From an uncultured cyanobacterium (GTDB lineage Bacteria > Cyanobacteriota > Cyanobacteriia > Cyanobacteriales > CAWUOF01): DNA of 64,000 nucleotides. The notes under the pieces are model-generated. The model did no database searches. It saw nothing but the letters and a program-made list of their open reading frames with translations, and had not been told where the DNA came from. How positions within the stretch are numbered: position 1 is the stretch's first letter; each line of letters starts with the position of its first letter. The DNA is taken from contig CAVUSO010000001.1 in the NCBI GenBank assembly GCA_963744145.1, positions 608,001-672,000 of the forward strand, given 5' to 3'. Positions 13,067 to 24,722 of the stretch are shown piece after piece. Made by a program: the position numbers and the translations under genes.

Positions 13067-16000
13067 GCCAGTAATTTCCAACTGGTTAAGTCGGTGAATC
13101 AGAAAATTAGTAGCATTTTCAGTATTAAGAGGTTTACTAAACAAAAAACCTTGCATTTCTTTGCAGTTGAGATTTAGTAATAAGTCTCGCTGCGCTGCTG
13201 TTTCTACACCTTCAGCAACGACACTAAGATTAAGACATTGAGCTAAAGTGATAATGGCACGAATGATCGCAGCATCTTCGGAACTTTGTTCTAATTCCCT
13301 GACAAAGCTACGATCAATTTTGAGGGTGTGGAAGGGAAACTTTTTCAAATAGTTGAGGGAAGCATAACCAATCCCAAAATCATCCATTGATAAATGCACA
13401 CCCATTGCTCTTAATTCCCTGAGTACAGTTCGAGTAAAATCAACATCTCGCATGGCTGTTGTTTCGGTAATTTCTAATTCTAAAAGGTGAGGTTCTAAAC
13501 CTGTATGTGCTAAAATATTGGCGATCGTTTCAACTACATTAGGCTGCTGAAACTGTCGAGCTGAAAGGTTTACAGCTACACGGACTTTACCTAATTTCGC
13601 CTGTTGCCAAGCTTTATTTTGAGCGCAAGCTGTCTTTAATACCCATTCTCCAATGGAGAGGATTAAACCATTATCCTCAGCTAAGGGGATAAACTCATCT
13701 GGAGCAATTAAACCTAATTTTGGATGTTGCCAACGGACTAGGGCTTCCATTCTAGTAATCATCCCTGTCTCGACATTAATCTGAGGTTGATAATAAACTA
13801 AAAATTCTTCTCGTTCTAAGGCTGGGTGAAGATTATTTTCCAAGATTAATAACTCGGAAGCTTTAGAGTTCATCGCTTGATCATAAAGCTGAAAATTATT
13901 TCGTCCGTTGTCTTTGGCTCGGTATAATGCAAAATCAGCATTTTTGATTAAGGTTTCTGCATCAGTACCGTCACTGGGGTAAAGAGCAATCCCAATACTA
14001 CAAGTTATATAAAGTTGATTTCCTTCAATATAAAAAGCTGGTTGTAAAGATTCGAGAATCCGTCCAGCTACTTTGGCTGCATCTTCATGAGTGTTGACAT
14101 GGGGAAGTAGTAAGATGAATTCATCTCCCCCCCAACGGGCAATGGTATCACCTTCTCGCAGACAATGATGCAGTCGAGTAGCAGTATGTTGTAATAATTG
14201 ATCACCGATCGCGTGACCGAGACTATCGTTGATGAGTTTGAAGCGATCTAAATCTAAAAAACAAACAGCTAGTTTATGTCCTCGAGTTTTAGCATTTTCT
14301 AAAGCTATTGGTAAACGATGATCAAAAAGCATCCGATTGGGAAGATTAGTTAAGCGATCGTGAAAAGCTTGATGTCGCATCATTTCTTCCGCTTGATAAC
14401 GCTGGAGTGATCCACCAATACTAGCGGCGATCGCCATTAAAATTAGTTCTTCACCTTTAGTCCAATATCGATGATGATGACAATCATCAAAACCGACATA
14501 ACCCCAAAATTTCTGATTAACTAGAATTGGCACCATCAAAATTGACAGAATCCCATATTGTTCGAGAAATTGTCGGGTTAAGGGGGGAAAATCTCTAGTT
14601 AATCCATTCACACTTATTCCCATCGATAAAGTTTCATAAACAAAGGTCATCCCTAAATTATGATAGGGCTGATTTTGTCGGGATGGTTGATTAATTGTCG
14701 GTTCAATCAAATCCCTTGTCCACTCAAACCTCATGCTAGTGGCAATTTCTTGAGTGGGATGATGGGGATGAGTTTCACAGATATATACTCGGTCAACTCC
14801 CGCAGTTTTTCCGAGAGTCTCTAATGCTTTCATCACCGCTTGTTTATGATTGGAATCAGTCAAGAGATAATTCATTGCTTCCGCGATACCTTGTAATAAA
14901 ATATCGCGTTTAAATAGCTCATTTTCTGCTTCTTTACGCTGGGTAATATCTTCAACAGTACCTTCGTACCCCAGGAGCTGATTATGTTCATCGCGAATCG
15001 CTCGCGCATTTTCAGAAATCCAAATTATACTTCTATCTTTCCGATAAATTTGGGACTCAAAATTCCAAACTGCATCATTTTTTTGGAGGATTTTCATAAA
15101 CTCAATGCGTCGATTTGGATCGACATATAGTTGCTGTTCAATATCCCTAACAGTCGAGATTAATTCGCTGGGAGAATCATAACCATAAATCCGAGCTAAC
15201 ATCGGGTTAGCGATCAAATAATTACCATCAGTAGTGGTTTGAAAAATTCCTTCAACCGCATTTTCAAAAATACTGCGATATTTGGCTTCAGCTTGACGTA
15301 ATGCTTCTTCCGATTTTTTCCGTTCAGTAATATCTTCTTGCACCCAAATCCAATAATTATTACCAGATATCTCTAGCACACTAATATGAGCATAAGTAGT
15401 TAACAGTGTGCCATCTTTTTTCTGGTTATTTAACTCTCCAATCCAAGCTCCTTGTTGATTTAATTTTTTAATAATCTTAGCGATAATTTTAGCATTCTCT
15501 TCGGGTGGTTCAGCAGCTAAAATTGAGATGGGCTGACCTTTCAATTCATCTTTTTCATATCCAAACATCTGCTCAAAGGCTAAATTAGTAAAGCAGATGA
15601 CTCCATTCTCATCAGATACGGTGACACCTTCAACCATTTTCTCTAATACTCTAGCTTGAATTTTGAGAGATTCTTCTGCTTGTTTACGTTCAGTAATATC
15701 TGTAATAAATCCTTCTAAACCTAGCACTTTTCCTGTATGGTCAAATATCCCACTACCTTTTTCCCATAGCCATTTTTCTTGACCTATTTTAGTGAAAATT
15801 CTATATTCTACTATATATGGTTGTTGGTTCGCGATCGCCAGATCAATTGCTTGTAAAATTTTTGGTAAATCTTCTGGATGGGTAATTTCATGATAAGAAA
15901 TCAGCTTATTTTTGCCGACAAGTTCTTTACTTGTATATCCAGTTAAATGTAAGCAACCTTCGCTTAGATAGATAATTGACCATTCAGAATCATGAGTACA

Positions 16001-17194
16001 AGAGAAAACTATTCCCGGTAAAGAATCAACTAGACTTTTAAGTTTCCTTTGACTTTCACCTAATGCTAATTCTGCTTGTTTGCGCCCAATGACTTCTCCT
16101 AATTGATGAGCTACGGTGAGAACTAATTCAATTATATGCTGGTCTTCTGTCCGAGATGCAAACATAAAAAATACCAAAACTGCTAATACTTGTTCATTGG
16201 CAATGATGGGAATTCCTAGTGCAGATTTAAGCCCAATTTTTTTAGCAATTTTAGCTCGGAAAAAACTTTCATCCGGTTCTTGAGAAACATCTTGGTGCCA
16301 TTCTGGCTGTTTACAGAACCAAACTCTTCCTGGTATTCCCATATTGGAGGAGAAGGTTAAACTCTCACTCCAGGTTCTAAATTTTGCTAAGAGAAATTTT
16401 GGTGGTAAGGTAGCACAACAGATAGATGAATTTAGCTCATACTGTTCGCTAGCGATCGCTTGACGAAATATTTCCTGAGCTAAATCTGCTGCTAATTCAG
16501 AATTCAAGTTAGCACCCGACTGATCTTCGAGACCCGATCCATACCAAGCTGGACTACATTTCAGCAGATTATCCTTTGGAGATGGCACCCAAGCTTCTCC
16601 ATAATCCCAACCTGTAGCTTGACATACTTGAGCGATCGCCATCCCTAAAGTAGCATGAAAATCTGGTGCATTAGCGATCGCTAATGTAATATTTTGTAAT
16701 AATCTGATTTCTGCTTCGAGCCGCTTATGTTCAGTAATGTCTTGGCAAAATCCAATAATTTTCGATATATTACCATCTGGGGCAAACGCTGGAGTCAGAG
16801 TAGTTCGGAGCATATAACAGCCATGCTCTACTTTAAAATAGGCTTCATAAGTAATTGCTTGACGAGTTTGAATACAGTGAATTAAGTTTACCCTAATCGT
16901 TAAGAATGTATCTGAGCTAAAACACTCCTGAAGCGGTACATTTTGTTGATCTCGGTAGATAGACAGCATTTTTCTCGCCGCCAAATTAGCTGTATGTAAA
17001 TGAAAATCTAAAGACTTAACCGAAATACTTCCCTTAGAGATATCTCCAGATTCAATCCAATTAACGTCTATGATGAAGATTCCGTCTGAACTATGCTCAA
17101 AAACGGCGAACATGGCCATCACCTGTTCGCAAAGCACATCTTTACCACACCTACTTGGACTGATCACCTGCTCATTTTTATTTCTTGGTGGCAT
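13052..17194 (-). CDS. PAS/GAF sensor diguanylate cyclase-phosphodiesterase (PAS-GAF-3xPAS-GAF-GGDEF-EAL)
   Basis: Repeated DITERK PAC ends, [21 protein letters not shown]; 3' end overlaps pheS by 15 nt. Confidence 0.93.
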   Translation of the reverse strand: MPPRNKNEQVISPSRCGKDVLCEQVMAMFAVFEHSSDGIFIIDVNWIESGDISKGSISVKSLDFHLHTANLAARKMLSIYRDQQNVPLQECFSSDTFLTIRVNLIHCIQTRQAITYEAYFKVEHGCYMLRTTLTPAFAPDGNISKIIGFCQDITEHKRLEAEIRLLQNITLAIANAPDFHATLGMAIAQVCQATGWDYGEAWVPSPKDNLLKCSPAWYGSGLEDQSGANLNSELAADLAQEIFRQAIASEQYELNSSICCATLPPKFLLAKFRTWSESLTFSSNMGIPGRVWFCKQPEWHQDVSQEPDESFFRAKIAKKIGLKSALGIPIIANEQVLAVLVFFMFASRTEDQHIIELVLTVAHQLGEVIGRKQAELALGESQRKLKSLVDSLPGIVFSCTHDSEWSIIYLSEGCLHLTGYTSKELVGKNKLISYHEITHPEDLPKILQAIDLAIANQQPYIVEYRIFTKIGQEKWLWEKGSGIFDHTGKVLGLEGFITDITERKQAEESLKIQARVLEKMVEGVTVSDENGVICFTNLAFEQMFGYEKDELKGQPISILAAEPPEENAKIIAKIIKKLNQQGAWIGELNNQKKDGTLLTTYAHISVLEISGNNYWIWVQEDITERKKSEEALRQAEAKYRSIFENAVEGIFQTTTDGNYLIANPMLARIYGYDSPSELISTVRDIEQQLYVDPNRRIEFMKILQKNDAVWNFESQIYRKDRSIIWISENARAIRDEHNQLLGYEGTVEDITQRKEAENELFKRDILLQGIAEAMNYLLTDSNHKQAVMKALETLGKTAGVDRVYICETHPHHPTQEIATSMRFEWTRDLIEPTINQPSRQNQPYHNLGMTFVYETLSMGISVNGLTRDFPPLTRQFLEQYGILSILMVPILVNQKFWGYVGFDDCHHHRYWTKGEELILMAIAASIGGSLQRYQAEEMMRHQAFHDRLTNLPNRMLFDHRLPIALENAKTRGHKLAVCFLDLDRFKLINDSLGHAIGDQLLQHTATRLHHCLREGDTIARWGGDEFILLLPHVNTHEDAAKVAGRILESLQPAFYIEGNQLYITCSIGIALYPSDGTDAETLIKNADFALYRAKDNGRNNFQLYDQAMNSKASELLILENNLHPALEREEFLVYYQPQINVETGMITRMEALVRWQHPKLGLIAPDEFIPLAEDNGLILSIGEWVLKTACAQNKAWQQAKLGKVRVAVNLSARQFQQPNVVETIANILAHTGLEPHLLELEITETTAMRDVDFTRTVLRELRAMGVHLSMDDFGIGYASLNYLKKFPFHTLKIDRSFVRELEQSSEDAAIIRAIITLAQCLNLSVVAEGVETAAQRDLLLNLNCKEMQGFLFSKPLNTENATNFLIHRLNQLEITGLKLS

Positions 17195-17493
17195 ATTTAT
17201 GATATTTTTTAAGTCAACTTTCTACGGTAAAGCGGAATCTAGCCAAGATTCCGCAACAAATTACACCAAAATTTCAGCTAGATCCCAAAAAAAAGCTGAA
17301 AACCCAGCCCAACCCTATTGTTTTTTGGCTATAACATGGAGATTACTCTTTTAATTCTTAAGATTTTTTTAAACTTGCTGTCAATCACGTTAAATTTATT
17401 TTTTACCTGCAAACCAATTTTGGCAAAAATTCGCCATACTGAAACTAAAGAGACACCGCGACCAATCCCTGCTACTTTAGCCCAGAAGTCCAA

Positions 17494-18000
17494 ATGAACC
17501 GTAAAACTAAGTCTTCCACTTTAAATTATACCTACCTGGCAATTATCGGTGGCGTTTTTATTTTGGGAATTGGGATCGGCATTGCTTTTAGTTCTAGCGC
17601 TAATTTAAGTGCAGAAAATGTTGCGTCCCGAGATTTTATTGACCGTACTGCCCCTAATCCTGAGCTTTGCGCTCAATATGGTGCTAGTGCCATGGTGATG
17701 GATACTCGCATTTTTGTCACTCTCAATCCTTTTAATGTTTATGTAGCTCAACCGAGTATGCGTCCAGGGTGTGTTTTGCGTAGCAATAACTGGGCGATTT
17801 TAGAACAACGACAACTGCTCACCTCTGATCAGGTGCGCGATTGTCGAAATCGGATGAATACTTTTGGTTTCACTGATGAGTTAAATAAACCAGGAGCGAA
17901 AGAGCAAATTAATTGTATTTACCAAAATAGTGCTGCTAAAAATTTCTTCCTTAATCAACCTGGAGCAGGTGCCCCACCATCGGAAAGTAATCAATTTTAG
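17494..18000 (+). CDS. Conserved cyanobacterial protein (DUF3172-like)
   Basis: N-terminal TM, C.QYGASA, LNPFNVYV.QP..RPGCV motifs. Confidence 0.7.
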   Translation: MNRKTKSSTLNYTYLAIIGGVFILGIGIGIAFSSSANLSAENVASRDFIDRTAPNPELCAQYGASAMVMDTRIFVTLNPFNVYVAQPSMRPGCVLRSNNWAILEQRQLLTSDQVRDCRNRMNTFGFTDELNKPGAKEQINCIYQNSAAKNFFLNQPGAGAPPSESNQF

Positions 18001-18019
18001 TTAGATGGTAGATGCTCTC

Positions 18020-18045
18020 AGGGGTGTATGAGTTCATACACCCCT
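18020..18045. terminator. Palindromic hairpin, probable bidirectional terminator
   Basis: AGGGGTGTATGA-GT-TCATACACCCCT between convergent genes. Confidence 0.6.
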
Positions 18046-18062
18046 ATTATTTTTATCTGCGA

Positions 18063-18380
18063 TTAAATTAAGGGTTGTAATTCCTGCACAATTTTGGCTG
18101 CAGGAACCACACCTTCAATCCGATGCTGTTCTTGAGCATTTTTAAATAAGACCAGAGTTGGTAAAGCTTGAATGCGATGTTGGGAAGCAATTTGCGGATA
18201 TTTATCAGTGTCAATTTTTACTACCATCAAGCGAGCGTTCATCTGACTATTCACCTGCTCTAAAATCGGAGCCATCATCTGACAAGGACCACACCAAGTT
18301 GCATAGAAATCTACTAATACCGGTGTTTCCGAATTTGCAAGTAAATCCTGAAAACTGGTGAATTGTTTTTTGACTGACAT
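18063..18380 (-). CDS. trxA: Thioredoxin (probably y-type)
   Basis: VLVDFYATWCGPC active site. Confidence 0.92.
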   Translation of the reverse strand: MSVKKQFTSFQDLLANSETPVLVDFYATWCGPCQMMAPILEQVNSQMNARLMVVKIDTDKYPQIASQHRIQALPTLVLFKNAQEQHRIEGVVPAAKIVQELQPLI

Positions 18381-18573
18381 AGTACAAAACCGGAGTTATT
18401 TGTGTACACTTAACTATTTTAATATAATTTTAAGGAAACACCACGCCATAATTATCCCAGCTAAATGTTTTAATTTCATTTTCTTGAGATATTATTACTT
18501 ACATTTCTTAATTACAGTGATCACATAAATCACTTACACTCTAGCTAGTTTAGAAATATCAGAGGAGCAATTG

Positions 18574-19338
18574 ATGGAAGTATTGCCAGAAAATCTGCAA
18601 AGATTACGGGGACAGGTAGCGATCGTGACTGGAGGAGCGCGAGGAATTGGTCGTGCAACTGCTTTAGCTTTAGCAACAGAGGGAGCGTATTTAGTTGTCA
18701 ATTATGCCAATTCTAGCACAGCTGCCCAGGAAATAGTTACAGAAATTAAAGCAGGGGGAGGAGATGCGATCGCCATTCAAGGAGATGTTTCCCAACCAGA
18801 ACAAGTAGAAGCTCTCTTTAGTGCGACAACTGCTAAATGGAATCGGGTCGATATATTAGTCAACAATGCTGGCATTACCCGTGATACTTTATTATTACGC
18901 ATGAAAACCGAGGATTGGCAAGCTGTAATTGATCTAAACTTGACTGGAGTTTTCTTTTGTACCAGAGCCGCTAGTAAATTAATGCTCAAGCAAAAATCTG
19001 GTCGTATTATCAATATTACCTCAGTTGCAGGACAAATGGGCAATCCCGGACAAGCTAATTATAGTGCAGCAAAAGCCGGAGTAATTGGATTTACCAAAAC
19101 TGTAGCTAAAGAACTCGCAAGTCGAGGAATTACTGTCAATGCTGTAGCTCCCGGATTTATTGCTACTGACATGACTAAAAATCTCAAGTCAGATGATATT
19201 CTGAAATATATTCCTCTCGGTCGTTACGGACAACCCGAAGAAATTGCTGGAATGGTGCGTTTTTTAGCTGCTGATCCAACCGGAGCATATATTACAGGAC
19301 AAGTCTTTAATGTCGATGGTGGAATGGTAATGGCTTAA
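18574..19338 (+). CDS. fabG: 3-oxoacyl-ACP reductase
   Basis: TGGARGIG, NNAGITRD, YSAAKAG; GAGGAG RBS. Confidence 0.96.
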   Translation: MEVLPENLQRLRGQVAIVTGGARGIGRATALALATEGAYLVVNYANSSTAAQEIVTEIKAGGGDAIAIQGDVSQPEQVEALFSATTAKWNRVDILVNNAGITRDTLLLRMKTEDWQAVIDLNLTGVFFCTRAASKLMLKQKSGRIINITSVAGQMGNPGQANYSAAKAGVIGFTKTVAKELASRGITVNAVAPGFIATDMTKNLKSDDILKYIPLGRYGQPEEIAGMVRFLAADPTGAYITGQVFNVDGGMVMA

Positions 19339-19340
19339 AT

Positions 19341-19364
19341 GTGGGACAGTCATCTTGACTGTCC
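19341..19364. repeat. Single REP-like palindrome of the GGACAGGCATCTTGCCTGTCC family
   Basis: GTGGGACAGTCATCTTGACTGTCC with a compensatory change, between convergent genes. Confidence 0.6.
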
Positions 19365-19367
19365 TCG

Positions 19368-20195
19368 TTATTTTTTCTTTATTTGCTGCCGTAATGCTGC
19401 TAAAATTTGTCGTTTATATGTAATAAATTCTGGTGTTAATTTCAGCTCAAGATGATGGGGCTCTGGTAAGTCAATCATCAAGTGATCTTGGAGGGAACCA
19501 GGATTACTTTGCATGATATAAATTCGCTGAGATAGGAAAATTGCTTCATCAACATCATGGGTAATCATTAATACAGTAACCTGCGTTTTTTCCCATAAAT
19601 CTATCAAAAATTCTTGCATTTGTTCCCGAGTTTGAGCGTCAAGTGCCCCAAAAGGCTCATCCATTAATAATACTTCCGGTTCATTTGCTAAAGCTCTAGC
19701 GATCGCAACTCGTTGTTTCATTCCTCCTGACAACTGTTTTGGATAAACATTAGCAAATTTAGTTAAACCAATAATTTCTAAATAGTATCTAATTCGTTCT
19801 TGACGTTCTTTTGGTGATAAAGCTTGAAGTTTATGACCAAATCCAATATTATTAGCTACCGTCAACCAAGGAAACAAATTAGAGGTTTGAAATACCATTC
19901 CTCGATCGGCACCGGGAGCAACTACCACCTCCCCATCTAGCAGGATCTCTCCCGATGAAGGAGGAATTAACCCAGCAATAATATTTAGTAAAGTTGACTT
20001 TCCACAACCTGAAGCACCAACAATAGAGACAAACTCATTAGTATATAAATCAAGATTTATCTGGTCTAAAACTAGGAGATTTTGCTTTTTTCTCCAAAAT
20101 TTTATTCCCCTAGCTGATAATTCAAAGGTTTTAGATAAATTATTAATTTGGAGTTTTGGTTGCTCTTGCTGTTGCCAAATTTCTGAATGTTCCAT
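19368..20195 (-). CDS. NitT/TauT-family ABC transporter ATP-binding protein
   Basis: GASGCGKST, LSGGMKQR, LLMDEPF. Confidence 0.92.
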   Translation of the reverse strand: MEHSEIWQQQEQPKLQINNLSKTFELSARGIKFWRKKQNLLVLDQINLDLYTNEFVSIVGASGCGKSTLLNIIAGLIPPSSGEILLDGEVVVAPGADRGMVFQTSNLFPWLTVANNIGFGHKLQALSPKERQERIRYYLEIIGLTKFANVYPKQLSGGMKQRVAIARALANEPEVLLMDEPFGALDAQTREQMQEFLIDLWEKTQVTVLMITHDVDEAIFLSQRIYIMQSNPGSLQDHLMIDLPEPHHLELKLTPEFITYKRQILAALRQQIKKK

Positions 20196-20237
20196 GATGA
20201 TTAATTATTGAGCAAAATTAGTAATTTTTTCCATTAC

Positions 20238-21062
20238 CTACAGAACTGTTTCACTCCAAGGTAAAGTCCAGCGTAAAATTAGTTTAAACAGATAATCTAA
20301 TATTAAACCAATTAGACCAATAATTATAATACAGAAAAGCACCTTATCTGTTTGTAAAAAACGCTGAGAATGAATAATTTTAAAGCCCAAGCCATTTTGA
20401 GCGGCAATTAATTCAGAAATAACCAAAAAATTCCAAGCTCCGGCAATATTAACTCTCAATGTATCTAAAATACTAGGAAGGGTAGCAGGTAAAATTACTT
20501 GAAATAACAGACCGAGACGGTTTATTCCTAAAGTATAAGCAGCATAAAGCATTTCCTTGGGAACAAATTTAACAGCATCAGCAATCATCAGGGCATTATA
20601 AAACACAATTCCTAGGAAAATAATGATAATTTTTGCCACTTCTCCTAAACCAGCCCAGAGGATAATTAAAGGCATAAAAGCAGCGATGGGCATATATCTT
20701 GCTATTCCCATTAATGTTCCAAATAAGCTATCCATACTATAAAAAGTTCCCATTAAAATTCCGATGGGAATCCCAACTATAGCAGCTAGAAAAAATCCAG
20801 CTAAAACTCTACTAAAGCTAGTCAAAATATCAACTGTTAAATCCTCTTCAGTAAACATTTTAATTCCTGCTTGGAAGACAGCTGTGGGTGTTGGTAAAAA
20901 TCTAGGATCAACTAATTGATTATAGCTGATCAGTCCCCATAAACCTATAGGTAAGAGGATAGCAATTATAGTTAATAGCCATTGTAACCAGATAGGAAAC
21001 CCCTCACGAATACTCCAAAAAGTTGAGGGTTTTAGATATCTTTTCTGAGGTAATTTGATCAT
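20238..21062 (-). CDS. NitT/TauT-family ABC transporter permease
   Basis: Multiple TM helices, EAA-like loop AAYTLG, ELIAAQNGLG. Confidence 0.9.
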   Translation of the reverse strand: MIKLPQKRYLKPSTFWSIREGFPIWLQWLLTIIAILLPIGLWGLISYNQLVDPRFLPTPTAVFQAGIKMFTEEDLTVDILTSFSRVLAGFFLAAIVGIPIGILMGTFYSMDSLFGTLMGIARYMPIAAFMPLIILWAGLGEVAKIIIIFLGIVFYNALMIADAVKFVPKEMLYAAYTLGINRLGLLFQVILPATLPSILDTLRVNIAGAWNFLVISELIAAQNGLGFKIIHSQRFLQTDKVLFCIIIIGLIGLILDYLFKLILRWTLPWSETVL

Positions 21063-22105
21063 GAGGAAATACTGGCTTTGACGAACTGAGGGTCTAATAA
21101 TTGACTTAAATCTGGTAATTTTTCAACTTGTTTTTGGCTAATCAGAAATTCACCGATCGCATTTAAAGAATTTAGCAGATATAATTTGCTTTGCGGATCT
21201 CCTAACATCTTCAGATTAGTATTAGGATCTGGTAATCTAATTCCTTTCAGATCGGTTGCTAAGTCTTCGGGTTTAGTTTGTAGTTCTTTTGCGGCGATCG
21301 CTAATGCTACTTGCGGCTGATCTTCTAAAAACTTAATCCCTTTAAAAATACCCTTAACAAAAGCTGTCACTGCTTGAGGATGAGTCTTAATAAATTCTGT
21401 ACTAAACACATACAAATCTGTAATTGCAGTAGGCATTTTGGTAGAATCATAGATAATTCTTCCATCTTTTTGAGCATGATTTGCTTGTGCTAAAAAAGGA
21501 GCGTAGGTGACAACAATATCAATATTACCAGCTTGATAAGCAGCAGCACCAGATGCAGGATCTGTATTTACTAATGTAACATCTGATGGTGATAATCCTG
21601 CTTCTTTAAGGATTTGGAGTAAAAAAGCGTGACTTACTGCTCCTATTTCTACCGCAATTTTTTTTCCTTTAAAATCAGCTATACTTTTAATTTTATTTCT
21701 GGCTAAAATACCATCACCACCAACCGAATTATCTTGGACTAATACAATCCGAAAATCTTTACCCTTAGATGCTAATAATACTGCTTCAGAAGTTACCGGA
21801 GAATTACCATCTAATTGTCCTGCTAAAAAAGCAGCATTTAGGTCAGTATTTGTCCCAAAAGTTTTCACATCTACTTGTAAATTTTGCTCTTGAAAAAAGC
21901 CCTTTTTCTGAGCAATAAATAATGGTGTTAAGCCAATCCAGCTAACTATACCCAGAGATAAAGCCATTTGTTGTTGATGATCAGAAGTTTGAGACGATCT
22001 TATTGATGGTTGACAAGCTTGTAAGAGGAAAGCTCCTGCTCCATATCCTAAAAACTGAAGTAGATGACGTCTTGACCATTGGTGAGGATTCTGAGGTAAA
22101 TTCAT
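21059..22105 (-). CDS. NitT/TauT (SsuA/THI5-like) ABC substrate-binding lipoprotein
   Basis: Twin-arginine SRRHLL, lipobox LQAC, S.GGDGI and KGKKIA motifs; substrate unknown. Confidence 0.85.
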   Translation of the reverse strand: MNLPQNPHQWSRRHLLQFLGYGAGAFLLQACQPSIRSSQTSDHQQQMALSLGIVSWIGLTPLFIAQKKGFFQEQNLQVDVKTFGTNTDLNAAFLAGQLDGNSPVTSEAVLLASKGKDFRIVLVQDNSVGGDGILARNKIKSIADFKGKKIAVEIGAVSHAFLLQILKEAGLSPSDVTLVNTDPASGAAAYQAGNIDIVVTYAPFLAQANHAQKDGRIIYDSTKMPTAITDLYVFSTEFIKTHPQAVTAFVKGIFKGIKFLEDQPQVALAIAAKELQTKPEDLATDLKGIRLPDPNTNLKMLGDPQSKLYLLNSLNAIGEFLISQKQVEKLPDLSQLLDPQFVKASISS

Positions 22106-22188
22106 AATTTGGGATAATTTCCTGGTTTAGTCTTGAATATTACTGTACCATCAACCTATTGATTTTCACCTTGATTTAGATGATCATA

Positions 22189-22578
22189 TTACCTATAATC
22201 TGCATGAAACCCAGCCAAGAGAATACCTACTGTTCCTTTGACAGACAATCCCATTACTTTGGCTACTCTTCTAGCTAATTTTTCATCGATAATTACCCAA
22301 TTTGGTTGAATTGAAATTGCTAAGAGAATAACTTCTAATTCTCCTCGATCCAATCCCAGTAACAGAGGTTCAATATTAGATAATAGTGTCACGGATTGGA
22401 CTTCAATCCAACTGGCATTATTTAGCTCAATTGCTCCAGGTTTACTAGCTCCAGAGATCACTACTTCTTGATATACCGCCGCCGGAATAATTACTTGATC
22501 AAATAACTGGTTTAAAAGCTCTAATTGATTAATCAAAGATAGAGCAATAAGCGGTGTAGAATTGACGACAATCTTCAT
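22189..22578 (-). CDS. PIN-domain toxin (DUF3368-type), probably C-terminally truncated
   Basis: [27 protein letters not shown] followed almost immediately by a stop. Confidence 0.75.
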   Translation of the reverse strand: MKIVVNSTPLIALSLINQLELLNQLFDQVIIPAAVYQEVVISGASKPGAIELNNASWIEVQSVTLLSNIEPLLLGLDRGELEVILLAISIQPNWVIIDEKLARRVAKVMGLSVKGTVGILLAGFHADYR

Positions 22579-22853
22579 TTTGGCTGAATTTTAGCAGCTA
22601 TTTCTCGGCTAGTTTGCACTTCTAATGTCCATTCTTCTTCTGTATAGTCAATGACCGAAAAACCATATTCAGATAAAAGAGTATAAAAAGTGTATTTATC
22701 GCATCCTAATACCTGTGCGCCAATACCTGCCGATATTTTACCTTCTTGATAAAGATGTCCCAAGGTGTAAATTATGACTTTGCGAGAAAATGTCTCTTTT
22801 TCTTCTCTAGCCGCAATTAATAATTCTTCGGGAAATGTCACGTTAATACTCAT
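22575..22853 (-). CDS. UPF0175-family antitoxin
   Basis: [14 protein letters not shown] motif; 4-nt overlap with the PIN gene. Confidence 0.8.
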   Translation of the reverse strand: MSINVTFPEELLIAAREEKETFSRKVIIYTLGHLYQEGKISAGIGAQVLGCDKYTFYTLLSEYGFSVIDYTEEEWTLEVQTSREIAAKIQPK

Positions 22854-23024
22854 GTTCGTTCCAGGATAATTGATGTTACTTGATTATAACTTTAAATTGT
22901 TAAAGTTACGATCAAATAACGTTACTTTCACCACTGTCAAGAGTATTGTTGCCATCCCTAGCTTTTCCCAACAGGCGATCGGTTAGGTCTGAGCATGGGA
23001 GCGACCTAGTATGAAACAGCCCTG

Positions 23025-23085
23025 TCTTAAAAAGGGGGAGCATGAATTAAAAGTCCCCCTTTTTAAGGGGGATTTAGGGGGATCT
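23025..23085. repeat. Cyanobacterial CCCCCTTTTAAGGGGG-type short dispersed repeat
   Basis: GTCCCCCTTTTTAAGGGGGATTTAGGGGGATCT; a degenerate relative lies at ~46921-46980. Confidence 0.6.
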
Positions 23086-23120
23086 AGAACTATGCAACTT
23101 CACATTAAATTGGGATCAGC

Positions 23121-24722
23121 TCAAATTTCTCCTAACATCCGCAGTCGAAAATTTAATAAATTTAGCACTTCTTGAAGCGCATCTTCCCAAAAAGGCTGAT
23201 CAGTTTTTAAAGAGATAAATTGCTCAGATATTTCTGCGATCGCTTCTAAATTTAGATGACAAGCAAATTGTTTCAAAGCTGATCTTAATTCCCAATCATA
23301 AGTATCTTTTTTGCCATTAATTATTCTGGCTTTAATGGTTTCAATCACAGCAATAGTTAATTTATGACTCCAAGGAAATCGATTTTGTGACAAAAGCGTC
23401 CATACTTTTTGTGATCCAGTTAAATCTTGCTGTGTTCTTTGTAATATATTAATTAGAAGATTGTCTCTCTGTTCAACATTTAAGACCGTTAATAATTTTG
23501 GCAATAGAGCTTCAGATAATAGATTGGGCCATAAATTTAATAAAGCTTCAGCCCAATCTTGATCCTGATGACGATCGGTTGCGATCGCCCATCCTTCAAT
23601 TAAAATAGAACTATAGTTATGATTAGCCACACTGGTAATAAAAAATTTAAGTGCATTTGGTTGAATATTCCATATTTTACTCCACCTTTTCGGTGGAATC
23701 ATGCCTAACATTTGCTGTAACCACCAAGCTCGATCGCTAATATGTCTAGGTGGAGTTGCTTCTATGCCATCATGAATCATATTTTTGTCACATATTTCTG
23801 GTAAAATGACATCTAGCTCGCTATTTTCAGATTTTAGGCTCAGTAAAGGTTGCACTCTTACCCACATCCTTTCACATAGTTGAGATTCAGGAAGTTTAGC
23901 TAATAAATCAGATGCAGTCCGTCTTACTTCTTTACGACGATCGCTTAATGCTGTTTCTAAAAATGGTTCATCTGCACTACTTAATCCGATCGCTAAACTT
24001 TCGATAAAAACGATCCGATCCTCAGAATTTTCTTTCTCCCAAGTTGATGCTAATAACTCACGAGCATAATTTGAATCTTGTGCCCGCAGTTTTTGTAACA
24101 TGGATCTTCTAGTTCCTTTAGTTCCGGTTTCCCAGATTGTTTGTGGATCAATTCCTTCATCATCTACCTGAACTCCATACACCCAATTTGGATTTTGTTC
24201 ACTTAACCATTTTCCGCGCTTACCTAATCCGGTCATAATATAGGGTTGTAACTTTTTATGTTGTCGTCCTAATTCTAATAATTCTGGTAAATATTGCTCT
24301 GGAACTCGTTTACCTGCTGTTGCTAATGCTGATAGCCATTCTATTAAAATTTCTAGTGGAGGAGTGTTATCTCTGTCTCCTCTTTTTAACATAAAAGCTA
24401 AATCATGAGCTGCACTTGGACTACAACATGGATGCTCATCTAAGGGACATGGTTCAGGTAGCTGCTGTTCAGTTTTATTTGGTAAAATACCCACAATTTG
24501 ATAAATCGCGATCGCACCAGCATGAGCAAGTAGATTACTTTCCGGATTACCCTGATCTAAACGGTGCAAAAATTCACCTAATTGATTATTTGGTAAATTC
24601 AGAGTTAAAGGTTGTCTTTGAGTTCCTACTAAAGCAGTAGTGATTACTTCTTGCCAAACTGAAATTTCATTCATAGGTTTAATTATTAAAAAAATATTGC
24701 TAAAATTGATAAAGGGTGCCAT
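23121..24722 (-). CDS. DUF5691-like protein (start may be ATG 24674)
   Basis: ALVGT, G.RG.WL..QNPNW, DEPFLE.AL.DRRKEVR; follows the SWIM gene. Confidence 0.7.
   Translation of the reverse strand: MAPFINFSNIFLIIKPMNEISVWQEVITTALVGTQRQPLTLNLPNNQLGEFLHRLDQGNPESNLLAHAGAIAIYQIVGILPNKTEQQLPEPCPLDEHPCCSPSAAHDLAFMLKRGDRDNTPPLEILIEWLSALATAGKRVPEQYLPELLELGRQHKKLQPYIMTGLGKRGKWLSEQNPNWVYGVQVDDEGIDPQTIWETGTKGTRRSMLQKLRAQDSNYARELLASTWEKENSEDRIVFIESLAIGLSSADEPFLETALSDRRKEVRRTASDLLAKLPESQLCERMWVRVQPLLSLKSENSELDVILPEICDKNMIHDGIEATPPRHISDRAWWLQQMLGMIPPKRWSKIWNIQPNALKFFITSVANHNYSSILIEGWAIATDRHQDQDWAEALLNLWPNLLSEALLPKLLTVLNVEQRDNLLINILQRTQQDLTGSQKVWTLLSQNRFPWSHKLTIAVIETIKARIINGKKDTYDWELRSALKQFACHLNLEAIAEISEQFISLKTDQPFWEDALQEVLNLLNFRLRMLGEI

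Noticed and set aside
13052-17194. Cyanobacteriochrome photoreceptor
   Set aside because: No recognisable bilin-binding motif in either GAF domain
19368-22105. Specific substrate call (nitrate, bicarbonate, taurine or guanidine)
   Set aside because: No diagnostic catabolic gene, riboswitch or convincing NtcA box seen; only a family-level call is supported
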